The position numbers were made by a program, and so were the translations under genes. A DNA stretch of 47,106 nt, taken from Candidatus Heimdallarchaeota archaeon. GTDB taxonomy: Archaea > Asgardarchaeota > Heimdallarchaeia > Heimdallarchaeales > Heimdallarchaeaceae. Below, in pieces: positions 32,401 through 41,835 of this stretch. Numbering within the stretch: the stretch's first letter is position 1; the number at the start of each line of letters is the position of its first letter. The notes beneath the pieces are model-generated. The model was not told where the DNA came from and searched no databases. It saw nothing but the letters and a program-made list of their open reading frames with translations. The stretch covers positions 1 to 47,106 of the forward strand of contig JAHLWR010000027.1 of the NCBI GenBank assembly GCA_019057815.1, given 5' to 3'.

Positions 32401-34422
32401 AGTGTAATTTCCGCAAACTGGGCACTTTCTCCTTACTAACTCTACGTTAATTGTATTCTTTATAGCCGCTTGAAATAGGTCTCTAAACCTTCCACCATGT
32501 TCCTCTATAGGATATAAAAGATGAATCGGTGGTCGCATACGGCGTTCTTTAGCTTTTTCAGGTCTTCCCATTCGAACACCCGTGTAAACGGGGCTTTTCG
32601 CTCTAATCTTTATATCACATATTGAATTAATGACATCCAAGACTTTACCATTAGAGGAGGAAGGAAGTGGACACAATTTTCCATTTTTATAACCGATAGA
32701 ATAAAGAAATGACTCACTATGAGACCTAAGTACGATATTACTATTGTTAACCTGATGTGGGATACATAATTGTTCAAGTATTGTTTTAACAGAAGGGGTG
32801 TTAGGAAACTCAGCAACGTTATTGTTTAGAGACAGATTGTCCTTTACATATTTACGTAATTTAATAAAATCTTTCAAGTGTATATCGTGCCAGTGGTAAG
32901 TATATTCAGGGTGAAGAGGTATTTTTAGCAGTTGTGATAATTTCAGGGCTTCATCGTCAGAAGGCACATTATGGAACGGATTTGCAATAAAATCCTTGAT
33001 CCTTTTCTCTCCAGCTTCTAACAATTCGTTTGACAAAGTGGAACCAAGTTTCATAAGAACAGTTTCTAGTTCTTTAGCCCACCATTCTACACAGTATCCT
33101 GATGGAATTAGATTGTAATTGTTCTGATTAAACTCACCAAAACCGTAAAGCATGTCACCCAAAAACAATACTGAATCAATTTCTTCACGAATTTGCTTTG
33201 ATTCTTTGTATGTTCGAACTTTTCTTACAGAACCATCTTTTAGTTTCACAATTGGAGGATGGATGGAATCTACAGGCATAACAATAGCTCCTTTCCCTGG
33301 TCTTTCTGTTCGTACATGTGTTCCACAAGCTAGAAAATCATTTGTCACCCCCATTAAAGCTGGATGTATACCCATTGCAGCTAAACCAGTGGTTCTTGCT
33401 CTCCCATATCTTATTCTAAAACCCCCCTTCTCTGAAGGATGGGCAAAAACTGGTCTACCGGCTATAACATCTTTTATGTACCCTGCATCAGATTTTACAT
33501 TTTCACTATTATCTTCATCATACCGATCACCAACTTCTTCATCTCTGGAAATATCCATTTTCTTATGTATTTCCTCTATTTCCGTGAGCCAATCCCACCC
33601 TTCTAATTTGTTTTCGGTTACCCTTTTGTATATTTTTTTTGCACGTCCAACAAGACCATCATTAAAAACTAGACATGAACCTCCCCGCAGATTGTTTGTT
33701 TCAACTCTAGGTAAATCCCTATTACCCGCCACCTCTTCGTCTTCCGTTTTTTCCCCCGTAATCTCAATTGGAAGATTCTCAGCTACAAATCTTTGTTCCT
33801 CCTTTAATGTTGGTAGTTGTAGATGTTTTATCCTGTTGTACAGCTCTATTTCTTCGACATATCTTTCTATTTCCCTTTGTGTTGGTTTGTACTTAGCTAA
33901 ACCCAGTTTGTTTCTTATATGATCTGCCAGTAAAACACTCATCCCCGCCGCTGTTCCACCTGCACTACGGATAGGTCCTGCATAATATACAGCTAAATAT
34001 GAAGAGTTGTCACTATTCTTTTTTATCTTAACTTTCGCAATACCTTCAAGAGGAGCTGCAGTAATACTTTCAGTTATTATAGCTAAAGAAGTCCTTAAAG
34101 CTTGATCAGCTAGTTCTTCTTTCGATGCCTCAAAAAAATTTCCTAAACAAATTTCTTCTGCTATCACAAAAGCGACTTTTTCACGTGATAATCCTTGTTT
34201 CTCCAATTTCCTGATTTTTTTCCCCACATTTTTTGGACCTATTAGACCTTCAACCCTATCCGCGATATCCTTTGCAATAGGTATTTCAACATCCAAAGTA
34301 GGATCAAAACCTTTCTTTCTTGCCCTTACCGCTATAGAATAGATTTTTTTCAATTGTTGGTTTATCTTGTCGAAATATTCTTGAATATTTATTGACAGAT
34401 GATCATTTTCTATTTTTGTCAC
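29455..34422 (-). CDS. polC: DNA polymerase D large subunit DP2, with intein
   Basis: AGPIRSAGGTA, GGFRIRYGRAR, RMGRPEKA, DGTIRFD, AAKRRN|CDGDED and zinc fingers. Confidence 0.98.
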   Translation of the reverse strand: MTKIENDHLSINIQEYFDKINQQLKKIYSIAVRARKKGFDPTLDVEIPIAKDIADRVEGLIGPKNVGKKIRKLEKQGLSREKVAFVIAEEICLGNFFEASKEELADQALRTSLAIITESITAAPLEGIAKVKIKKNSDNSSYLAVYYAGPIRSAGGTAAGMSVLLADHIRNKLGLAKYKPTQREIERYVEEIELYNRIKHLQLPTLKEEQRFVAENLPIEITGEKTEDEEVAGNRDLPRVETNNLRGGSCLVFNDGLVGRAKKIYKRVTENKLEGWDWLTEIEEIHKKMDISRDEEVGDRYDEDNSENVKSDAGYIKDVIAGRPVFAHPSEKGGFRIRYGRARTTGLAAMGIHPALMGVTNDFLACGTHVRTERPGKGAIVMPVDSIHPPIVKLKDGSVRKVRTYKESKQIREEIDSVLFLGDMLYGFGEFNQNNYNLIPSGYCVEWWAKELETVLMKLGSTLSNELLEAGEKRIKDFIANPFHNVPSDDEALKLSQLLKIPLHPEYTYHWHDIHLKDFIKLRKYVKDNLSLNNNVAEFPNTPSVKTILEQLCIPHQVNNSNIVLRSHSESFLYSIGYKNGKLCPLPSSSNGKVLDVINSICDIKIRAKSPVYTGVRMGRPEKAKERRMRPPIHLLYPIEEHGGRFRDLFQAAIKNTINVELVRRKCPVCGNYTRQTLCTNCKTPTVISYTCRWCKMETDSVMCPKCGRDTIGYSRVSCHIDDEVKKAKQIVGGPFPKRVKAVKKLMNKTRVPEQIAKGILRAKHDLFVYRDGTIRFDSTDAILTHFKPREIGVKVEHLRKYGYSTDKDGKPLVSSDQIVELKIQDVVLNDEGGKYLVKVAQYIDELLEKVYELPKYYNAKKKEDLIGKLIVGLAPHTSAGITGRIIGFTKAKVNLAHPYWQAAKRRNCFPGDTKILVEIEGETKRITMKQLYEDLYKNEFVEKQVYVKKNSKVDIKVYSFNKNNPGIDLTNIKDVIKAPSTDHLIRFNLITGRSFETTPNHPTIVYSEGEIVEKKALEITKKDTFLLPSMNIKSKDIDEFDLLEEFSKPNHKHIWNKLMIRGIKELTKDLVNKLGLFKTADKIGINRKTLHNYYSKRDSIPFNILMQLLELHKLTIKQVPDCFLGFQRDHTRVKRRIKVNESFMKLIGYYIAEGYFRKDKRIYQMDLAVNESDLRNDILNSILKVFGDGVNSRITGSRIIVPNRVIYHFLEDVLKLHNTPSNKKLPSFILKLPLAKIKYLLAAYFSIDGGSDKYHKTVWCSSFSENLICDLDFLLLRLGIFSAISRSEGEHKLRVRDENVLKYNDEIGFTTERKTKVLKDIIELKKAKPQQLLYHEHRLIRIESIEHLKTKDNFVYSLNAESFNTVLVNENIVTHNCDGDEDSVLLALDAFLNFSKFYLPAIRGGLMDAPLVLVANINPQEVDDEAHNVDVGSNYPISFYEATLTGAHPKTVLALVDLVRNRLNDESAYEGFKYTHETSNIFDGPESTLYKRLNKMGTKVKAQLEVAQLIRAVDEKDVANKVIVNHFIPDLIGNLRAFGTQKIRCTKCNKIYRRIPLKGVCLKCGNDNLNLTVYKKSVTKYFNITNELIKKYNLSEYLVNRLALINHNVETLLGPNVIDEKKGEKGVKKGEKGVKESVKLSDFFLQAEKKKNNT
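29519..29560. repeat. 21-bp in-frame tandem duplication in the DP2 tail
   Basis: ACACCTTTCTCTCCCTTTTTC x2 (KKGEKGV). Confidence 0.85.
30292..31698 (-). mobile_element. 469-aa intein with LAGLIDADG homing endonuclease, in the DP2 catalytic motif
   Basis: CFPGDT N-terminus, TPNHP block B, LIGYYIAEG and LLAAYFSIDG blocks, VTHN|C C-terminal junction. Confidence 0.95.
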
Positions 34423-34556
34423 CCTTTAACTATTTAAAACATAAGGAAATTTAAAGTCAACTCATTTATCAGATTAGTTTGTACTAGAACTGCTTTCATA
34501 TATCTATTAATGTATCTGATACAAAACTTATTGTAGATATATTAGTAAGTTTTAAC

Positions 34557-35156
34557 GTGATTAATGTTACTGTCGTAAGTACTAATTATAGGCTTATGTA
34601 CACCATAAACGAGATTTTATCAAAAATCAAAGAAATAAAAATCGATCACACTTTACCTAGTGACCCATTTCCAGAGAGGGTTGATGTTGTTATAAGCACT
34701 GAAATTGAAAAACACACAATAAATTTCGACAAAATATTCATTCCCAAGGCATATAATATCATGTATCTGTATTCTAATATCTATCTCTTGGCCAATAATA
34801 AAGATAGATTTGAGAATATTACAATTGGTATAGATCCCGGTAAAATTATTGGATTCGCAGTACTTTCTGATGATGGAACAATACTTAATGCCACTGACTT
34901 ATATTCCGCCACTGATGTCGTAAAGGAAACAATATCCGCATATTTTAATATTGAGACTAATGATTTCATCGTAAAAATTGGTAGGGGAGGAGAAAAAATA
35001 AGGGAAGAAATTATCACAAAATTAGAAAAAACTTTTCACGGGAAAATTTTAGTTAATATTGTCAATGAAGATAACACTTCAATTAGGAGAAGGGGGTCTT
35101 TTTCAGCAAAATATGGCAAAAATGCTACATCTGCCATATTAATTGCAAAAAGGTAA
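34557..35156 (+). CDS. Conserved archaeal protein with RNase H-fold (YqgF/RuvC-like) domain
   Basis: IGIDPG motif, VNEDNTS, SAILIA. Confidence 0.7.
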   Translation: MINVTVVSTNYRLMYTINEILSKIKEIKIDHTLPSDPFPERVDVVISTEIEKHTINFDKIFIPKAYNIMYLYSNIYLLANNKDRFENITIGIDPGKIIGFAVLSDDGTILNATDLYSATDVVKETISAYFNIETNDFIVKIGRGGEKIREEIITKLEKTFHGKILVNIVNEDNTSIRRRGSFSAKYGKNATSAILIAKR

Positions 35157-35347
35157 ACTTAATTAGATAAGAGTTACTAAGATATAAACTGCGAATTAAA
35201 AACCAATCCTAAGAGGGTTACATTTTAGATGTTAAGAGAGTAATAACACAGAAGTAAAAACCCGAACATCTAAAAGTATTTAAAAGCGCACATTTATTGC
35301 TTTGTGCTTGACGGCACACGCTTACAATATAAACAACGATAGGAATT

Positions 35348-36238
35348 ATGATAATTATGGAGAGCGCTGTGATGGATAATAAATCGATTAACGAAATGAT
35401 TACTGAAGTCCAAGAAAAATTTAATATTATCGGAAGAGACGGTGAATTAAAGAAATGCCTTGCTGCAAAGTTAGCATGCAGACACATTCTACTAGAAGGT
35501 GACGTAGGAGTAGGTAAAACAACACTTGCTCATGCTATTGCTTCATATTTCACACAGAATATTGAGCGAGTTGATGGAGATGAACGTTACAGTTCAGCAA
35601 AACTTGTTGGTCATTTTGATCCACCAATGGTAATTGAGAAGGGTTATAGTTGGGAGTCATTTACAACAGGACCACTCACAAAGGCTATGAAACAGGGAGC
35701 TATTCTGTTTCTAAACGAGTTAAACAGGATGCCTGAAGGCACCCAAAATGTTTTACTTTCTGCAATGGATGAGGGTCTTATTATGATTCCTAAACTTGGT
35801 GCTGTTAATGCTAAAGATGGTTTTTTCATTATCAGTGCTATGAACCCAGCAGAGCTCGTAGCAACCACACCTTTGAGTGAAGCTTTAAGAGACAGGTTTG
35901 TTTGGGTAAGGCTTCCATATCAATCTCAGGAAGAAGAAGAAAATATTGTCCGTGTTCGAACAAACGTCAATGATGATAAAATTATCAAACTTTCTGTTAA
36001 GATTATCCGTCAGACGCGTGATTGGCCCGAGCTGCGTCGTGGCTCATCTATTCGTGGTGCTATTGATCTTGCTTCTATTGTTCGTTTTCTTGAAGTTAAC
36101 GAAATTGAGTCATGGATAGACGGTTCAATTATGTCTTTAGCCACCAAAGTCGAATTAGAAGATGGTGTTGAGAGCGAAATCGAGGATGTCATTAAGGAAA
36201 TCGTTTCAAAAATCTTCAAAGAAGAGGATTTTTTTTAG
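35348..36238 (+). CDS. MoxR-family AAA+ ATPase
   Basis: GDVGVGKT, LFLNELNR, AMNP, ALRDRF. Confidence 0.92.
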   Translation: MIIMESAVMDNKSINEMITEVQEKFNIIGRDGELKKCLAAKLACRHILLEGDVGVGKTTLAHAIASYFTQNIERVDGDERYSSAKLVGHFDPPMVIEKGYSWESFTTGPLTKAMKQGAILFLNELNRMPEGTQNVLLSAMDEGLIMIPKLGAVNAKDGFFIISAMNPAELVATTPLSEALRDRFVWVRLPYQSQEEEENIVRVRTNVNDDKIIKLSVKIIRQTRDWPELRRGSSIRGAIDLASIVRFLEVNEIESWIDGSIMSLATKVELEDGVESEIEDVIKEIVSKIFKEEDFF

Positions 36239-36246
36239 ATAACGGG

Positions 36247-37317
36247 ATGGGGGCATTTCCTGATGTTGTTGATAAACCATACGTCTTTCGAGGTCGCATG
36301 GACAAAAGTCGTCTATTAGAGGCTGAAATAGTTTCAGGAAAACGAAATCCTTCTGTATATGCTAGTTTATCTGAGGGAATGAGCTATTATGAAATAAAGA
36401 AGGCTACAGACTTAGCTATTGATGTCGACAACATGCCTGCTGTCCAAGGTCTTGCCCTTTCCAATAAATTTGCTGTTGCTGAAGCATTAAATTCTAAAAA
36501 AGGTTATAAGTTGATCTCAAGACGAGCATCAAGAGGAGATGATAGTGCACCTGAATTGTTCTTTATGCTCCGTTCTGCTTTAGATGAAAGAACAAGACCC
36601 ATATTTAGAAGATTAGCAAGACAAGTGATTTTATCAACTGCTTTTGGTATGACAGGTCAAGGAATTCGGGGGGAAGTTTTTGAACAAACAGAATATGAAA
36701 TCGGCTTGGATGAATTTGATATTGACGAAACGCTTGAAAGATTTTTAGAAAACAGAAGTCGAATCCTACGCACAGAGGACATTGTAAGCTTGGAAAGAAA
36801 AGAAAGGATGAAGACAGCTGTCTTAATGTTTGATACTTCTGGATCATTATATGGTGAAAGATTTCACACAGCTTGTTTAACAGTAGCAGTTATGGCTTAT
36901 AATTTATCCAAAGATAATTTTAGTGTAGTTTTATTCAATACTAAAGCTACTACAATCAAGACAATAAAAGAGAAAGTACGAACTGATGAGTTAATCAACC
37001 GTATTCTCGAAAGTGAAAGTGCCGGTTTCACAAATATTGCAGAAGGGTTAAAATTTGGAGGGCTTGAACTAGAGAAAATTAAGAAGAAGGGCAAGTTTGG
37101 CGTATTGGTTACAGATGGCGCTTTTAATAGGGGAGGTGATCCTAGAATATATCTAAAATATTTCCCAAAACTCCATGTGATTGCTTTACCTAGCAAACAG
37201 GATTGGGGAAGAAGAGTTTGTAGAGATTTAGCAAGATTAGGAAGAGGAAAATTTGCTGAGGTATCAAGTCATAGAAATCTTCCAAGGATTCTTATGAGGT
37301 TGCTGAGAGAAACGTAA
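36247..37317 (+). CDS. VWA-domain protein (MoxR partner)
   Basis: DTSGS MIDAS motif, GFTNI, VTDG. Confidence 0.9.
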   Translation: MGAFPDVVDKPYVFRGRMDKSRLLEAEIVSGKRNPSVYASLSEGMSYYEIKKATDLAIDVDNMPAVQGLALSNKFAVAEALNSKKGYKLISRRASRGDDSAPELFFMLRSALDERTRPIFRRLARQVILSTAFGMTGQGIRGEVFEQTEYEIGLDEFDIDETLERFLENRSRILRTEDIVSLERKERMKTAVLMFDTSGSLYGERFHTACLTVAVMAYNLSKDNFSVVLFNTKATTIKTIKEKVRTDELINRILESESAGFTNIAEGLKFGGLELEKIKKKGKFGVLVTDGAFNRGGDPRIYLKYFPKLHVIALPSKQDWGRRVCRDLARLGRGKFAEVSSHRNLPRILMRLLRET

Positions 37318-37330
37318 GAAGGTGTAAAAA

Positions 37331-39349
37331 ATATCACCAAAAAACAAAAAACGATCTCAGAAAAATATTCCTTATTTAGGACCAAACACGCTATTTTTCT
37401 GTTTTAACTGTTTATTACCTTTGATTCATAGTAGGAAATGTCCCAATTGTGGAAAAGATATCAAACAAATGCCTCTAACTCCACCCTATGATGCACGACC
37501 TGCAGTATCACAAGATATTGATGAAATACGTGAATTGTTAATCGAGAACTTTGGCGAAGAAGCTGCTTTTATCAAAGTAGGTGATATTGTTATTCTTAAT
37601 CATGTTGGCTCAGAAGATCAAATGGATGAAATAATATATTTTGGGACAAGGATTGGGGTCAGGAGATATGATTTATTATCAAAACAATGGAAGTTAAAAC
37701 TTGATAAAAATGGATTAAGTTTAATTGATGGTAAGTGCTCAAAACGATGGGTAACAGTTGTTGAAGGAGCTAAAGATAAAATATTAGAGGGAGCCAATCT
37801 CTTAATTCCAGGGGTAATAAACGCTGATCCTGATATCAAAAAAGGTGATTATATTGTTATTATGGATAGCGATAGAGCAATTATCGCAGGAGGGATTGCG
37901 AAAATAGATGAATCTGAAAGAAAAAGTGTAGAAAAAGGTGTCTATGCAAAAAATTACTCAATAATCAATAAAACATACTCTCCACCTACTAAGAAAATTT
38001 CATGGGAAGAAGTTATAAGATGGAATAAAAAGCAGTTGGAGAATATCGAAAGAGAATCTATTTGGAATATTAGAACAATTAAAGAAGATTTGAAATTGCC
38101 CGTTGTTGTATCATTTAGTGGCGGAAAAGATAGTTTGGTTACATTAGCACTTGTTAATAAAGCATTAAACAATGAAGAATTCAAAATCCTTTTTGTTGAT
38201 ACTGGAATAGAATTTCCTGAAACAGTTCAATATGTAAACGAAAGTATTGAATATTTTGGTTTAGAAGATCGTTTAATCATCGAAAAAGTTGATTCTAATC
38301 TGTTTTGGGATTCTTTTGAGAAATTTGGTCCGCCTGCTAGAGATTTCAGATATTGTTGTAAATTTGCGAAATTGGGACCAATAAGAAAAGCTTTGGAAAG
38401 AGAACGATTTGGTGAACAATTCATTAGTTTTGTTGGACAAAGAAGATATGAATCATATCGACGAGCAAGTTCAGAAATATGGCAAAATCAGTATATTCCT
38501 AACCAAATTAATATTTCACCAATCCAAAATTGGACAGCGTTTGTAATTTGGTTATATATTTACTGGAAAAATCTACCTTATAATCCATTGTACAATGAAG
38601 GTTATGAAAGAATAGGATGCTGGACTTGTCCATCTTCGAATATGGCACAAATGAAGATATTGAAAAAAAATCACTCTGAATTATATGAAAAGCTTCACAG
38701 CGCTCTTATTCGATGGCAATCTAATCGAGATTTACCAGATGAATATTTAACCCTAGGTCTTTGGAGATTTAAACAAATACCTAAAAAAATCCTAAATATT
38801 GTATCCTTACCTGACGTTTCTGGAAGGGTTAGTCAAACAACAGATTTGTCATCCTTACAAGTTGTACAAAGTGAATGTAAGTCAAATCCAACAACGATTA
38901 TTGGGACGTTTTCAACAAACATTTCTATTGATAGGGTAAGTAACACCCTGAACATTCTAGGAGATGTTAAGGTAAATAAGAAACTACAATATTTGCAAGT
39001 TAAAGATAAGAACTCTACGACCCTACTTTTCTCTGATGGGTCATTTAAAATAACGTTAAAAAATAGACCACCGATTTCTAGAAATTTTGTTAAAAAAACA
39101 ATCTCAAACTTTGTTCTTAGTATTTTGAGATCGCTTGAATGCAGTGAATGTGGATTATGTGTTAGTGAATGTGAAAAGGGAGCAATTAAAATAGTGGATA
39201 AAATGCTCATAGTTGACCCAAATCTCTGCAATCACTGCGAAAATTGCTTCAGTGTATGTCCTATTGTGACTATTATTCACAGAGAGTTAACAGGTAAAAT
39301 AAGTGAAATTTTAAAAAAGGAATTGCAATTTACCTATTTAAAAACTTAG
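37331..39349 (+). CDS. PAPS-reductase-family protein with zinc ribbon, PUA and 4Fe-4S dicluster domains
   Basis: SFSGGKDS, YCCKFAK, RIGCWTCP and two CxxCxxCxxxC motifs. The frame extends 30 codons upstream of TTG 37421 to an ATA at 37331. Confidence 0.88.
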   Translation: MSPKNKKRSQKNIPYLGPNTLFFCFNCLLPLIHSRKCPNCGKDIKQMPLTPPYDARPAVSQDIDEIRELLIENFGEEAAFIKVGDIVILNHVGSEDQMDEIIYFGTRIGVRRYDLLSKQWKLKLDKNGLSLIDGKCSKRWVTVVEGAKDKILEGANLLIPGVINADPDIKKGDYIVIMDSDRAIIAGGIAKIDESERKSVEKGVYAKNYSIINKTYSPPTKKISWEEVIRWNKKQLENIERESIWNIRTIKEDLKLPVVVSFSGGKDSLVTLALVNKALNNEEFKILFVDTGIEFPETVQYVNESIEYFGLEDRLIIEKVDSNLFWDSFEKFGPPARDFRYCCKFAKLGPIRKALERERFGEQFISFVGQRRYESYRRASSEIWQNQYIPNQINISPIQNWTAFVIWLYIYWKNLPYNPLYNEGYERIGCWTCPSSNMAQMKILKKNHSELYEKLHSALIRWQSNRDLPDEYLTLGLWRFKQIPKKILNIVSLPDVSGRVSQTTDLSSLQVVQSECKSNPTTIIGTFSTNISIDRVSNTLNILGDVKVNKKLQYLQVKDKNSTTLLFSDGSFKITLKNRPPISRNFVKKTISNFVLSILRSLECSECGLCVSECEKGAIKIVDKMLIVDPNLCNHCENCFSVCPIVTIIHRELTGKISEILKKELQFTYLKT

Positions 39350-39605
39350 TTTTAATGATTTTGAAAACAGAATATCCAACCCCAAAAACCAACACTGCTA
39401 GGGAAACATAAGCAAAAGCTATCATTTCAGCAAATAAACCCTTAACCAGAAAATAGATTAAAAGACCAATAATGGGTATGCCAATAGCTGCATTAAAAAC
39501 TGCCATTTTACTTATTTTTTCTGGTTTTTCTTCGTTTTCATCAAATTGGAAACCATAATTCACTTTAATCATTAATTTTACCATTTTACAATATTTAACC
39601 ACCAC
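39330..39605 (-). CDS. Small two-TM membrane protein
   Basis: Two hydrophobic helices. Start codon uncertain. Confidence 0.6.
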   Translation of the reverse strand: MVVKYCKMVKLMIKVNYGFQFDENEEKPEKISKMAVFNAAIGIPIIGLLIYFLVKGLFAEMIAFAYVSLAVLVFGVGYSVFKIIKTKFLNR

Positions 39606-39712
39606 TATTTTTTCTCTGAAAATAAAAAAACGGATAAAAGCGAAGAAAAAACAAAACTTAATTAGAGTCCAATAGAAACTATATACCTCAGATTCTAGTT
39701 TTGTGTATATGT

Positions 39713-39875
39713 GTCACTTTTTTTCTGTGCTGTTCTTTAATCTTCAGCTCATAATTAATGTACTAATTCAAAAAGTGATACACATGTTTGATCCTAGCGA
39801 ACCAGGCGATGAACATATAACTCCTCCAATTTGGAGCCCTTAAGAAAGTATAAACTTTCTTCTCTTTTCTTTTTT
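39713..39875 (+). repeat. Peptide-gene module, copy 1 (conserved upstream region, small ORF, T-tract)
   Basis: Homologous to ~46835-47003. Confidence 0.9.
39784..39843 (+). CDS. 19-aa peptide MFDPSEPGDEHITPPIWSP
   Basis: AGTGA SD-like element upstream and T-tract downstream. The paralog at 46904 differs largely by synonymous or conservative changes. Confidence 0.75.
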   Translation: MFDPSEPGDEHITPPIWSP

Positions 39876-39944
39876 AAATTATTGACTAATAATAATCATC
39901 TAAAAATTGGCAAATATTAGAAATTATGTAACAAAAAAATAGAA

Positions 39945-39966
39945 AACTGCAATCTAACTGCAATCT
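39945..39966. promoter_or_regulatory. 11-bp direct repeat upstream of the TPR-like gene (possible operator)
   Basis: AACTGCAATCT x2, just before a TTTTTAAA box. Confidence 0.4.
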
Positions 39967-40014
39967 AAGAACAACGGTTTTTAAATACTATTTTACTGAG
40001 TATACTTGAGTTAG

Positions 40015-41589
40015 GTGATTTATTTGTCCTATGAAGATATGGCTAAAGAACTTGAAATGGTTCAATCTATTGAAGAATTGAGACCTGTTCTTGTTAATTT
40101 ACAGGTTTTTACATCTAATAATCGATCAAGCAAAAAAGCTTCATCTTTAATTCAAAAAGCAATTGAAAAAAATGAGGTTGTAAACGACAAGAAATCTCGA
40201 GTTATTCTGTACGATCTTCAGATCCGTCAACTCTATCACCAAACAAATCATCTGTTAGAAATCAATAACCTTCTCTCTTCGATGCGTTCTTTAACCGAAG
40301 AAATAAACTATCAAAAGGGGTTAGCTCTATTTTATCAACTAACTTGGCATATAGAAAAGTTTCAAGACAACAAGAAAATAAGTGTTGAAGCTATCAATAA
40401 ATCAATAAAGATACTAAACAATCTCTCTGAACAAGATGGTTATGTTTACAACTTCTGTCGATACTCTTATGCTGTTGAACGATGGTTGGAGAAGCACGAT
40501 CCTACAGTTGCCAATATTTTAGAAGAGTGTGCAGACTATTTCTTCCAAAATGGATTTTATAGAAGTTTAGTTCAAGCCTTAGGAATATTAATAATAATTT
40601 ATCAACGAACACAAAACAGGGAGAAAGTGCTAGAAATATCTAAAGGGTTATTAGGGAATAAAAGCGTTTTTGAAAAACTACCTAAAGATGTTCAAGCATA
40701 TGCTCACTACGTAGCAGGGGTAGGGTATATGTTACAATATAGTTTGGAAAACGCTGAAACACATTTTGGAAAAGCGCACAAAATTTTCAAAGACATCCAT
40801 AAACAAACCATCTATATCAGTAACTATGTTTTGGCTTTATCTTATCTTTCAATGTCACAAGCACTTCAAGGGAAACTAGATCAAGCTATTCAAGTAATTA
40901 ATGAAACAGAAAATTTATTACAAGAAGAATTTATTCAAAAAAACTTGGATAAAGTAAATAAGCGCCAAATTTCTCACACCTTCAATCTGATAAAATTCTA
41001 TATTCAAACACGAAAGGAAGATTTCAACATTGGAGAATCTAGTGATTTAATTGAAAACATTTATTCTGGGATTCAAATAAATTACAGCGATGCGATAATG
41101 TTGAGCGAATTTCTCCTAAATGCTCAGTTGTCCTATGAACAACTACTAGAGTTACAAAAAAAGGATAATCCAAGTCTAAAAAGAGTAAAGCACATTACGT
41201 CGCTAATGATGGAAAAAACAAGGACAGATGTAGATTTAAAAACATTTGAACGTTTAAGAAACTGCATCGTTACCCTGTGGAAAAGAAGAGTTCCTAAGGA
41301 CGATTCTTTCGTAGAACAATCTTTTGTTGATCTCCTGCTTGCTCGTCAATATTGTGATTTGGGTCGCTTCGATGAGATGAACAAACTCTTGAAAAATTAC
41401 AGCGACAATTTAGACTCTATCGAAGTTTTAGAACAACGTTTATTCATTAAAGGATTGATGCTTTTCGCTGCACATAGAAGTGGGGATTTCACCGCTGCAC
41501 CCAAATTCTCCAAAACTATCATAGAATGCAAGAGTAACGATTTCACAAGCTTAGAAGAATATTTTCAAAACATTAGCAAAGTACGGTAA
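40015..41589 (+). CDS. All-helical TPR-like protein
   Basis: Repeated helix pairs such as AYAHYVAGVGYMLQYSLENAETHFGKA and LSMSQALQGKLDQAIQVI. Confidence 0.8.
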   Translation: MIYLSYEDMAKELEMVQSIEELRPVLVNLQVFTSNNRSSKKASSLIQKAIEKNEVVNDKKSRVILYDLQIRQLYHQTNHLLEINNLLSSMRSLTEEINYQKGLALFYQLTWHIEKFQDNKKISVEAINKSIKILNNLSEQDGYVYNFCRYSYAVERWLEKHDPTVANILEECADYFFQNGFYRSLVQALGILIIIYQRTQNREKVLEISKGLLGNKSVFEKLPKDVQAYAHYVAGVGYMLQYSLENAETHFGKAHKIFKDIHKQTIYISNYVLALSYLSMSQALQGKLDQAIQVINETENLLQEEFIQKNLDKVNKRQISHTFNLIKFYIQTRKEDFNIGESSDLIENIYSGIQINYSDAIMLSEFLLNAQLSYEQLLELQKKDNPSLKRVKHITSLMMEKTRTDVDLKTFERLRNCIVTLWKRRVPKDDSFVEQSFVDLLLARQYCDLGRFDEMNKLLKNYSDNLDSIEVLEQRLFIKGLMLFAAHRSGDFTAAPKFSKTIIECKSNDFTSLEEYFQNISKVR

Positions 41590-41716
41590 TGTATTTGCAA
41601 CTTGGTTTGTGGAAATTAGCGCTTATTCTTATTTATATATACCTCACTAAATTAAATAGTGAGTTATAAAATTCTCCCTTACATTTTAATCTATCAAAAA
41701 CTCTTATTAAAAATAA

Positions 41717-41794
41717 TAGCGAAGTTTTGAGAAGAGTCTATCATTCGAGGCAAGTATGCTATAAGTCAAGACCCACACAAGGAAAACTTCGCTA
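41717..41794 (-). ncRNA. Putative small structured RNA or miniature inverted-repeat element
   Basis: 12-bp perfect inverted repeat TAGCGAAGTTTT/AAAACTTCGCTA. On the minus strand, a TTTATTAA box lies ~20-25 nt upstream and a T-rich run downstream. Confidence 0.35.
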
Positions 41795-41835
41795 ATATAG
41801 CTTTGTACGTGCTGTTTAATAAATCCTATTCTCAC

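Noticed and set aside
33152-33922. 256-aa plus-strand ORF and similar antisense ORFs (28345-28836, 38833-39231)
   Set aside because: Shadow frames opposite well-supported genes.
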